From: Antedon mediterranea
Taxonomy: Eukaryota > Animalia > Echinodermata
Length of the DNA: 64,000 bases
NCBI RefSeq assembly: GCF_964355755.1
Contig: NC_092670.1
Coordinates: 14,184,795-14,248,794 of the forward strand
Reading direction: 5' to 3'
Shown here: positions 25,201-36,995 of the stretch, in pieces
How positions within the stretch are numbered: the first letter of the stretch is position 1
Layout of the letters: every line of letters starts with the position of its first letter
Made by a program: the position numbers and the translations under genes
Notes under the pieces: model-generated
The model's input: the letters and a program-made list of their open reading frames with translations, nothing else
Told to the model about the DNA's origin: nothing
Databases searched by the model: none

Positions 25201-27330
25201 GGGAAAAATTAAAAAGGTTAAATTATTATTATATTCAACAGCACAACATCTAAACTAAAGCTTTGTTTCCACTACGACGCAACGCAAGGGCGTAAAGGCT
25301 AAGCAATTTGACAAATCACAAACAATGGATCATCAAAACTCTCGCTTGTTCATCATTGGTCAACTCGCTTGAATTGCGTTGCGCGTGCGTCGTTGTGTTG
25401 GTCACCATGCTTTTAACCTGTTTTACCCGTAATGTTGTGGCAGACACTAAATTCGTTAGTTTAAAACCAAGCAAGCGTGTTCGTTCAACAAAAAATGAGC
25501 ATCGACATGCCACTAACTTTTGGACTATTTTCAGGAAAGAGTATTGTAACATAGAAATAATTGTACTAACGCAACTTGCATATGCAAATATTTGTATCTC
25601 TTTGCTTATATTGAAGTGTGGAGCGAGTTTTTAAGAGATAAAAAAAAAAGAACCTTAAAATGTAGGCCTATACATCATCACTTCTAATAAAATTGTTAGC
25701 GAATTGCTACTGCGCCCGAGTATGTGTGTCCACACGGGCATTTTAACTTACGAGTTAAAGACCACTACACATTGTTTATGAACTAATAATGCGAACATCT
25801 GCAAATTCATAATTTAGGCGAATGGTGGCGATATTTCAAATATTTTTCTTCTATTATACATGTATTCAGTATTTAGTTGATCCGATCATACACTCTTTAA
25901 ATATGTCGGTCAATGTATACGTACAAACGACAATCGGCTTAATTCATTCGTATTCCACATCTCTGGCTTACATGGTACAATATGATAACGCTTTAAGGTC
26001 AACTCAGAAAGCGTTTTACGCTGTTTGAAATTTAAACATTTTAAAGGTCTTGTGACGACCTACTACGCCCGACGCAATCTCAAGACGACTTGTCTCATCG
26101 GGATTCAACCCAGACAGCACCAACGAATCAAGACTTTTCGTTGGGCCTCGTCGTACGAAGCTGTCGGTTAGTTATTCTTCCTCGGTCACATTTGCCTCAT
26201 TTGAATACACGATCACAGTATCTATTTATGCCCGTTTATGCACTATGTTCATTAATTACTCACGTAAAACGAATTGTAGTAACTAGCGCCATCACAAATT
26301 ACGCACTGGTGGGTATCGTAGTCGTAACCGCTCGACCAGGATTTAAATAATTGAATATAAACAAATAATAACATAGATGTCGCACACTAAATTATCCCAT
26401 ATTATTTTATTAAAATTCCTAACCTTATATAACTTCCGTTTATATAATTTAAGTATGCAAGTTATTAATTTTGAAAATGTTTGCAGACAAACTATATAAT
26501 AGATAAACTGTTTTTAAAATTATAATTGGAAAACTGCATAATTATTAGAAAGTATTTTAAATATTTTTATAATATTACACGAAAAAATAAGTATATTTCA
26601 GTGACTTAAAATAGAGTAAGCTACGTTCCCCATTTCTCACTATTTTTTGAATACCAACATGTGTCAATACTGCACAACAATTTAATAAAAAAATTAGTGT
26701 GCGTTTAAGGAAGGAAAAATGTCTCGAATCTCTTCATACATGTACTGTAAGGATAGAAACAATTAAGCCTAGCTATGTATTTTGGCGAGGAGTTCGACAA
26801 CATAAAACCCTTCGTGCCGCAGAAGTAAGTTGAATTAAGTGTTGTTAGTGAATTTATGTCAGCCTTTCAGAATCCACCAGAAGTGAAGTCAATATAAAAT
26901 GAGGCGAGTCCAGCGTTTTCCCATTTGGTCACAATCCTCATGACGGGACGTGAAGTTGAGGACAATGATAAGACCCATTCTACTGCAGTTATTACCACTT
27001 ATTTTAACAGTGGCCTATGCTTTATGCAATTATTTAGCAAGTTTATATTGGCTAATCACACACTGTTTATTGCAATGGCTGCCTCGTAAACAATCACATT
27101 TTATTGCAGTAGAAAAATGTGTTACTGCAGTACCTGCAGTAGAATAATTTTGACATGATTCCTTACGTGTAACCGTGTTTTTCCACAGTGCAACGCCAAA
27201 TACTACGATGCGTACGCATCAGCAGTAGACTGTAAATTTTATTTGAGCGTGCGCATAACATATGACATGTTCAAGTAGTAGTTGCATCTGACACCAAATG
27301 TTTACACAGTATTATTCATTATTTATAATA

Positions 27331-30314
27331 CTATAAACACGTTTCATCTTCAAATATAGCAAAATTATCATCTATTTCTACTTTCCCATTGATATTAATA
27401 TCGTAAGTACTTCCATTATCAGTTGCATTTTTGGAATTATTATCAACTACGTATACATCCCGTGCTGATGAATTTAACTGTTCAAGTTCAATCGGTTCGT
27501 GACGTAATATAACCTGACGAATTTTCTTCCACGATCCAAGAACCGATAAAAACACAGGCAAGAAAATGAGTCCGTGTATCACACCTATAACAGTCACTAA
27601 GAATATGATTTTGAACACTGCACTTAAAATGTACGTGCTAGCGTTGCTGAGGGCTAGAAGTCCTAAAACGGTTGAAAGACCTGCCTGTAGCATTGGCATT
27701 CCAACCGAGTACAACGCATATATCGTTCGCTTGTTGCCCAGTTTGTATGGGGCTACAGAGTACGTGTACGCTATATGAGCAGAGAAATCAACACTGAAGC
27801 CCGTGCTAAGTGTCACAAAAATACTAGATTGAAAATCTAAGTTTATGTTCCATGCCGTCATAAAGCCCAACACTCCAAGCTCAATAGAAATGATGGTGAG
27901 AACGACCCAAAGCGAAACAAGTGGTCTTGGAATTAGAAGTAATGAAATAAATAACATGGCGATTGCAGCGTATATCATATTCTTAATCGTGTTGGGTAAT
28001 ATAAAGAAGTATTGATCATAGTAAATGAATTCTGGATTGAAGACATGCATTGGAAGAGTTGATTGTTCAGCTAGATCTCGAGATGTCCTCGCAAGGTCCT
28101 GTTCACGACTAGAAGTATCGATGTCTTTTGATAAAACGTACGCTCGAGATGCGAGTATACCGTCATTTCTTTCGTTAAAAACTATATCTAGGTTATACTG
28201 TAAATATCTAGGATCTGCCAAGAATCTGCTTAAATTACGCATGAAATCCTGCTTTGCGATCGCTTGAGGATTATTCAAATATGCTAAATAATCCTTCAGC
28301 CAAAACGTAGTGAACCGGTGAGGGTGATATAAACCACTTGTTTCAAATTGAACAATATCATAGTTTATTTGGTCTTGAACAGATTTATTCCAATACTCGA
28401 GCTCTTCGTCAAAGAATATGCAAATCTGTGCGCCAAACAGTTTAAATTTGTCTGCTTCTAGTGTGTAGTAGCGTTCGATGGCAGTATCTTTCGGGGCTAA
28501 TAAACGTCGCTCAATTCCTATTTTCATTTGAGTTATAAATAATATTGAAATCGACAGATATCCTAAGTAGATGAACAGTACAAATAATTTTGTCCATCCA
28601 TTCATTAAAAACTCGCCATATACGTCCCTGAAAAACTTCATGATGACATGGGGATGTTTTTCTTGGCCTCCAATGTCTAATTTATCAGAACCGCCAGAAC
28701 AGCAGATCTGATATGCGGTTGATGTCGATTTGTTTTTTGGAAGTACTGGCAAGCACGTGACCGCGTGCCGGTTAGCTCGTTCGCGCTTCCCGGTAAGAAC
28801 CATGAAAGCTGAGAAAAATGTCACCTGGTATGCAAAATCAAACATAACAGCTACACCTGTGTATAAACAAAATGCTTGTACTGCAGGGAATGGCGATATT
28901 CCGCCGAAGGCAAATGCCAGTGTGTTGGTTAGACTTGTTATTGTGATTGAGAGGGCTGCCTCTTGCATCGCTTCTCCCATTCGGTGTTCAATCTTTGCTC
29001 GAATGCTGGTCTTTCTCCAGGCCGCAATAAGGATGAACATGTCGTCAACACCAACGCCTAAAACGTGGAAAGATAAGGAAAGAAAGCATGAAATTACGTT
29101 TTAATGAAGTCAAGGAAGAAGTGGGGAGAAGGAGTACCAGTGAGTAGTATATTAGTCTACCCACTGGAAGAGGGAGAACACAGACTTTCATAAAATGATG
29201 ATGTAATGCATTACACTATAATTACAGTACTTTTAATTTGCAGCCTTGAACATACTGGAGAGCTTGCAAAACAAACATTTTGTAAAACGTTTATTTAGTA
29301 GCTTCTTATTACCAGAAATTATGGCCTACACGCATACTTACTTATAACAAGCACTGGGGTTGCAGTAATCAGTACATTGAATTTGACTCCAAAGTAGCTC
29401 ATTAGCCCGATTGTAGACAAAGTCGCTAGGCCGGCTGACACCACACCTAGCAGCGCCAATATCGGTTTATTCTGTGCACAGTCAGATTTCGTGCTACTCA
29501 ACACAGAAAATGTCACTAGGATTAATATACATAAAACAATTTGTGGGTTGGTATCCTCCCTAGCCTGATCAAGAGCTTTAGAAAGTGACGATGACGCCGC
29601 ACCATATGCCTCAACTTCTGTTGATTTCAGTTCATCTATATACTTGATAAAATCCTCCTCCCATTCGTAACTGCTAGGCATTGAAGACAATGCATAATAT
29701 AGTCTAACAGCTGTGCCGTTGACTAGTTGGTTTCCATTCACTATCTGCACGCCTCCAATTGATGAACCGATAAAATACGGTTTATTGGCAAGTACTCCAT
29801 CAGGGTACGTTAGAGTCATGTGCTGATCTTGACTGTTGAGGTACTGAAACACGTCAATGATATCGTTAGACGGACATCTTCCAAAGTACATCAGGCACAG
29901 AGATGAATACGTTCTTTCGTCAATACTTTTAACTTTAGTTTTAATATCTTGGTCTATTCTTAAAATATCCCGAATCGCATCTATGCCAATGATGCTCTTG
30001 CGTGGGTCTTTGATAACTAGTATGACGCTTGCAGTTGCCGTAGGTCTTGTTAAGCGATTGGCTAAAGTGCCGTTCACAGTCATTGTGTCGTTAAAGAACG
30101 TTTCTTCAAGTTCTCGTTCAAGTTTACCATCACTTTGATCAGGCGTAAATAGTGTTTCTGCGTCTGATTCTATTTCTAGAAGTGCGATTCCAGCTCCCAA
30201 TATGCCAGTCACCACAAGGGAGACGATCACGACTAGCAGAGGGTGTTTAGCAAGCCAACAACCATAAGCATAATACATACGGGCCAGCGGCCTTTCTATA
30301 CAATCTGCCTTCAT
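27331..30314 (-). CDS. Patched domain-containing protein (PTCHD3/Ptr-like, sterol-sensing RND family), ~899 aa, 2 coding exons
   Basis: Exons 30314-29342 and 29057-27331 join in phase 1 (ATA A|GC GTT GGT GTT GAC GAC, ISVGVDDMF). Sterol-sensing-domain motifs are present (SITITSLTN...FCLYTGVAVMFDFAYQVTFF), as is the second-half motif GFSVDFSAH. An acceptor at 30336 implies a 5' UTR exon further right. Confidence 0.9.
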
Positions 30315-30662
30315 GATGAATCAAAACTGTCAAACCTATAAGAACAAAAATAAGGGTTACATTTTACCCGATGTCTCCAATAAAATAGTAATATTTAATT
30401 GGTAATACAACATAACTTGTGTTCACATGGACTATTTTTCCCCATAACATGATGATACAAAAGAGATACTGTAATAAATTTTTCTTGATCTGCAATGACG
30501 TCATTGATTGAATGTAATAGAGCATTTAAACACACAGGTTTTCTTTCAGAAACTATAAATTAGCTGTAAGGCTTCCGTTGCATATGTAATATACGCATAA
30601 TAATCAGTAGGCTATAGTATAACACGAATGATAAACCAGCACGCATTTATTTGTCGAGTACA

Positions 30663-30773
30663 CGTCTGCTCCTCCTATCACATCAGTATAACGGTTAGTT
30701 TGGTCCTCGCGTGTGCACGTCTGTTGCTCCTATCATATCAGTATAACGGTTAGTTTGGTCCTCGCGTGTGCAC
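30663..30773. repeat. Short direct tandem duplication (~54 bp x2)
   Basis: CACGTCTG..CTCCTATCA.ATCAGTATAACGGTTAGTTTGGTCCTCGCGTGTG occurs twice in tandem. Confidence 0.8.
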
Positions 30774-33700
30774 ATATATTACACGAATTTGATTCTTCTA
30801 TTTATTCTACAGTACGTTGATAATTCTCCCACCCTCACCTACGACACTGTAAACATTACTGTTTTTTGTAACAATGCTTTCTGATTGACGTTTAACGCCT
30901 ACATCGTAGGCCTAGCAACAAGCTTTGACAGATTCCAGGCTTTCGTACGCATTAACAACATTAATTAATGAATAATGCCTAATAATAACGTGTCAATTAT
31001 GAATATTTACAAAATTGATCTATCATATTGTATACAGTTATATTTACTTTACAATAAACACAAAACCGATTCTTACCGGTATAGGCCTAGGTATAATTTA
31101 TACAGTCACATCGATTTATTATAATGGTAGGTTTAATTACGCGCTGATTATCAACATTTATAATGATGCTAGTGCTTATGACAGAAAAACAATCTTCCAC
31201 GAAGCCCTTTGCGTTTCTACGTCCTCGTAGGCATATGGTTTCGTGTCGACAGGATTTCATCTTTATTGCATACATACAGTAGTAGCATGACTTGATTGCT
31301 TAAAAAATAGGAAGGGTTTTTTAAAAAGACCGCATATGGGGGTGCGAATACATTCCCATTCCTCTCCTGGCTAGACGCAAACGCACGGACGTCCAGTTGC
31401 GGACGTCCCTGCGTTGCGTTAGTGAGACTGAGAGTAGACGTAACACAAGTGATTTGACGACCAATAACAAGTGATTGGTTAAATCACTTTCGTCTTCGTG
31501 TTACGTTTTTGGCATTAGCACCCTTTTCTAGACCTGAAATATAAATGTGTATTAAATTCCATCAAAATTGTAAAAAACACAAACGGCTTCGAGACATTTT
31601 TTTAACCAAACCGTATCTCACATACTTCCATCGTGTTTAGTACCAAACTGGAATTCACGAACCATTATTATTAAATACCGATCATTCTTTTTTTCCAAAT
31701 GTAGAGAGAATTTTTTCGTAAAAATATGAGGATTGACCATTAATTTGTAGGATATCATGCTAGCTAAAAGTTACACTTTTGGCTATAAAATGTTAACCTT
31801 AAATCCCGTGAAAATGACTGAGCTTCGTCTGATACAATGGGGCGGGGCGCCTGCCGGTATATCTGTGCTGATCTATTGTAGGTCTAGGCCTACTAATGTT
31901 ATAGCTTGCTTGGGATGATGGAGGGTATATACGTAGTTGAAACGACTGTACTAAAATCACCATGCCGATTTCAGCTAGAGATCCATTACAAGGTATTTGA
32001 CTACCAATATGTATTATGAAGTAAAATGAAAGAATGGTCTGAACTTTTGTGACCCCCTCTGTTGGCTTAATTCATTCATTCATACATACATACATTTTTA
32101 ATGTACCTGTTGTTGATGCGTGGATATAATAGGAAATTAAAATCAGTCGGGAATCATGTTTCTTATGTATACTTTCATGTAGACTTACTTACCCCAAGTC
32201 TGTATTTATTGTCTCATTTTTATGTTAGTCAACCAGTCAGTAGGCGTTTCGATGTTTGTAAAAATACGAGCTCATGTATTATTAAGTATAACGTCATGTT
32301 CCAACATATTTATCGTTTTACTAAAATTTCGGTCTAGAACTACGACTAAGTTCCATGATCTGATATTTGAACCACCAGGTCAACAGGTAGTTGTTATGAT
32401 CTTGTAATATATCTGGATATATTAGCTAGGCCTATTGACGTGTATACAATAATTATAAAAGGAGATTGGGCGGATCCGGGGAGTTGGAGGTGGCGAGCTG
32501 GAAAACCCAGGGGTTTCAGTCACTCCTTACATTCCGGGCTGGGGATGGGGGGCACCATTTCAAAATCGTAGATTCACCAACGAGTGGTGGTGTACTGGAG
32601 TTGAACAACAACAACAGCGGCGGTGACTCATTTTATATAAACCCATAAACTAACAATTACTATATTAATTTTTCTGTGAAAATTAATATGGAATCACTTG
32701 AATTTTACATTGAAGCTTCGTTACGCATGGCCGGCTGAAGAATGATAGATATTTTAAATGAGACCCACCCTATACCAGAGAGATTTTATATCAAAAATAT
32801 AGTTAATAGTTAACATATATCCCACCGTTATATAGAACAGTAGGCCTATAGTCTTATGTTATCAATGATAAATGTTAAAAAATGACGAATATAAGCTTGC
32901 TTACTTACTGATATCTGTAGAATCCGGCATTGATGATTCCAATCGTTAAATACAGTATATTAAACCTTTGTATACAAAATTCTACGTATTATGACAATAA
33001 TGCATCCAATGCTGCCTTTATTATTGAGCGTCATGGGTCATCACGTAACAATACTATGTATGCTGTATGGTTAATTAACTATATAGATGAATGAACACTG
33101 ACAAAAAACATACAATGAACAAAACAGGATAAGTACCCGGCTGCGATTGCACCATTTTAGCCGAATCATCTAATAACCGGATCCCGAAACGAAAACGGAT
33201 TCGAAGGATCTAGCCTATTATCTGTATAATTATAATAAAAAAAAAAAAATAGACTCATTCATCATTCATCATTTTCATTGCTATACCATTTTACATTTCA
33301 TTATTTTCATATTAATATGATTTGATAAAAGTATTTGTAGGCCTACTATTGTATGTATAAAAATTACATAGCCTACAATTACATAATAACGTACGTGAAA
33401 AGAAGATCTACCCCTCGAGATTGGCCCCCCGTGGCCTAACATTGATTTGATATCTAAACGTTTGTTTCCCTCTTGACCCGACACTACCGGACGGCCATCG
33501 GAACTCTCTTGGTCAAACTTGCGTTGCGCGTACGTCTTGAGTTGTGTCATAGTGACCAACAACCTAATAGTCTGACCAACTGTTACTTTCAAAAGACCAC
33601 GCTGCCCGGTAGTTTAGTAGTACTACACTGTGTTTCCATGCAATACATTTGGACATGCGACGATTAGCCTAACTTATTTCGCCATTGCCTAAACCAACAT

Positions 33701-34559
33701 CATCCAAATCAATTATTTCCGTTCGATATCACTTCTTGTAGTTTCAGGACACATATCAGGTGATCAGTACATTCAATTATAATATTAAGGCTTAGGCCTA
33801 AAGCATCTGAAACGAAAAAATATTGTTTCAAAATGTCATTTTTAATACATCTAGGCCTACCGTTTAAAATAATAAAACATGTTTAGGCCTACATGCGATG
33901 CCCAAATGTTAATAATTAACACGGTTTAATTCAGTTAAACAATATTCATTTACATGCCTAAGGGATCATGTCAAAGGTACGGTACTGCAGTGACTTCTTA
34001 AAACTGAAATAGTCTTTAGGAGGTGTCTGCATCTGCAATGCAGTATGTACGATCAAATGGCCAAAAAGCATGCTAAATTAATAGCGTAATAAGTTGAGTT
34101 ATTTTATTAAACACTGCAGTAATAGCGGCAGAATACTTTTTACATGGTCCTTATATTCATACTGAAGTTGTCAAACTGTTATATGAGGCACATAAACCTA
34201 TTAACAATCTCATTACAAGAACACACACACTATGACTTGTTACTTGTGATGTACACGGAGTTTCGCCGAATTGGTGTTGGTAAGACCATGGAGTTACTTC
34301 ATGATAAGACCATGTTGGTTTCTAGTTCATGTATGTTAGAATTAAATGCAGGGTTGTCAAGGCAACAACATTAAACGCAAGAGGCTCAGTCGCACACTTT
34401 TTCTTTGTATGTAACTGAACAAATCCTCTTAAAAATCTGCTCATGGGCGCGGGCCTACTATTAAACAAGAAATATATCTTACAAAAAATGCCGAATATAA
34501 CTGCCTAAAGGAGCGGCGCGAAAAAATACGTCGAAGATATCGGAGGAAGTGGCTTAGAA

Positions 34560-34584
34560 CATAGAGATATTTAATATCTCTATG
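34560..34584. mobile_element. 25-bp palindromic insertion with 7-bp TSD (probable P-superfamily excision footprint)
   Basis: CTTAGAA-[CATAGAGATATTTAATATCTCTATG]-CTTAGAA. Confidence 0.7.
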
Positions 34585-35347
34585 CTTAGAATCAAACACC
34601 CACTCTGCCTAAAAAGCAAACATAAAGACAGAACGGCAAGTTTGCTTAGTGTTCACGTCTGAAGAAATCTTCTGTACAACTATTTATTTTTGTCGGCAAC
34701 AGTGAAATTAACACTCTTCTTTGGGTTTGGTTGATATTTACAAAACAACCTTGGGTAAAGAATAGGGGTAGAAAACGTACGCCTAAATGCGCTATAATCT
34801 GTAGGCCTAGGCCTATAGATGAATCGGAGCCATTTTAAAAAATTATACAATCAATTAATAACCAATCTATATATTTTTTTGGAACATCAATTTGGAATTT
34901 TAAGTATACGGTGTCCAGTGGGCTTGCCCAAGTCTGTACTTAATTAGGCCTAGTCATTTTTATGTTTGTCCAATTTTTGTCTGGAAAAGTGTCTTAGCTC
35001 ACGGCACGTGCTATGGCCTACGTATGAAACCCCGTATGTGTTAAAACATTTAATCTTTATGTTAAATAGAAACAGTGTAGAACCTGGTGTTCCGAAACAC
35101 TGTAGATCCATTACCTTTTGTTTCTATATGATCGATAGATATACTTGAGTGTGTGGTTGTTTCATTAGACAGACATCCTTCTTCATACCATCCAGTGAGC
35201 GGAACTTCTTTACTTTTCCTTCCGTCATCTAAGCCACTGTGTGCTACTCTGATTCAGAGGTGTTTTTTGGTGAATCAAAGTATATTGTCTGCAACCACCA
35301 ACATTGTTATTCCCAAACAACGCGGCAGTTTTATTAGTTCCTGTTAC

Positions 35348-35377
35348 CATGGATTAAAGAATATTCTTTAATCCATG
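35348..35377. mobile_element. 30-bp perfect palindromic insertion with 7-bp TSD (probable P-superfamily excision footprint)
   Basis: CTGTTAC-[CATGGATTAAAGAATATTCTTTAATCCATG]-CTGTTAC. Confidence 0.75.
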
Positions 35378-35489
35378 CTGTTACTTACCAAAGTTTGGTT
35401 AATATCATGCAAGTATTTTGACAGTATTTTATTTAGGGTTAGGCCTACTGTTCATGAGAGTTATAACACGTCATGATCGCTCATGGGTT

Positions 35490-35995
35490 TCGGTTTTTTT
35501 TTATAGAATATAAAGTAGCACCTACTTGGCATTACGTTGCGCCATACCCCCTTCACACCAAACTCCGCAGTGATCTCAGGAGACACCCCTGGGTATGTGA
35601 CCATTCAAAACGTCGTTATGAGGGTTATTATAACACTATATCGTTGTTTATGACGAATGCCTCGGAACAGTTTAGGCTACATCATAAGTTTCGGGGGATT
35701 TTTTGGGTAGAATATAAAATAGCACCTCCTTAGCATTACGTTGCGCCATACCCCTTTCCCACCAAACTCCGCAGTAATCACAGGAGACACCCCTGGGTAT
35801 GTTCAAAACGTCGAGAAACTCTGTTGTTATCATGATGACTGCCTAGGAATGCTTTTTTTTTTTAGGCTATAGATCATAAGTTTCGAGTTTTTTTGGGTAG
35901 AATAATAGTTTAGGAGGGTTTTTTGGGTAGAATAATAATTTCGAGTTTATTTTTTAGAATATAAAATAGCACCTCCTTAGCATCACGTTGCGTCC
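35490..35995. repeat. Local tandem repeat, ~205-250 bp period, 2.3 copies
   Basis: A TAGAATATAAAATAGCACCTCCTTAGCAT.ACGTTGCG-like block recurs near 35504, 35708 and 35955; CACCAAACTCCGCAGT...CAGGAGACACCCCTGGGTATGT occurs twice. Confidence 0.75.
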
Positions 35996-36995
35996 AAGTC
36001 GGAACTAAGTTTGATTGATTGATATTAGTTTTATCGCGTATGATCGCTATTGTGTAAGTTTTAAACTTTATAGGAACGCATTTCCATTGCTTTTCTAACA
36101 CTGCACCATACGTTAGGAACAAGCGAAAGTTATTGCAATGCCGGGCCTATACTTTCACTTTACTAATTGCAATTCATCAGGTTTCAGTTTAAAATTTTTA
36201 AAATACTTAATATCAAGGAAATTGCAATCCAACGTTTGTAACAGCAGATAAATGGTAAATAGTACTTTAACCTTTAAACAAATGTAAACTATTTCTTTAA
36301 AAAAGAAGAAAATTCACGCATGAATGAATGGTAACGTAGGCATAACATATGATACACACAAAAGGTGTGTATATTAAGTGCATTTAACAGGGACACAACA
36401 GTGTGCAGATGAAATCGCGAGCTTGTCGAGGCTTTCAATCTACTATTTTGCAGCAAAAAAAAAATACTCATAACCAATCAGATTAGACAGTTCAAATAAT
36501 CCATCACTTGTGATTGGTCAAATTACTTGGGCTGCGCTTACGTTCTAGCGTGGCTAGGGAACTCAGGTTTAGAAATAATGTACAACAAAACACCATAAAC
36601 CTTATATGTATGTTTTTATATAAGTTATCGCATAAGTTTCTATAATATCATAGATTTAGTGGTCCTATCTCGTATGAATACATGCAATTTCTTGTGATGA
36701 CCATCATATATGCATCTCGGGTAAAGGTATACACATATCACAACTATTAAAGTTAAAACACATTAACACTTGCCTTATAAAGAGTTTATTATTTTGGTTT
36801 ATAGACGTATTTCCCCCCCCCCCCCAAAAAAATTTTTTAAAGTTTTAATAAGTTTTTCACTTCCATAGAAAAAAAACAACACTGATGATATTTAAAAATA
36901 CCTATTATGTGACAAATTATAGTTTTTATGGTGTTTATCTTGTTGTCATCTCATTCTGTTTCTTTTTGGTTTTCAACTTTGTTTTCATTTAAATA

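Noticed and set aside
25308-25634. 108-aa ORF
   Set aside because: Starts inside a family-B MITE fragment at a non-ATG codon, with no domain similarity or splice support.
27566-30138. Plus-strand ORFs overlapping the patched-domain gene
   Set aside because: Antisense shadows of the long minus-strand exons.
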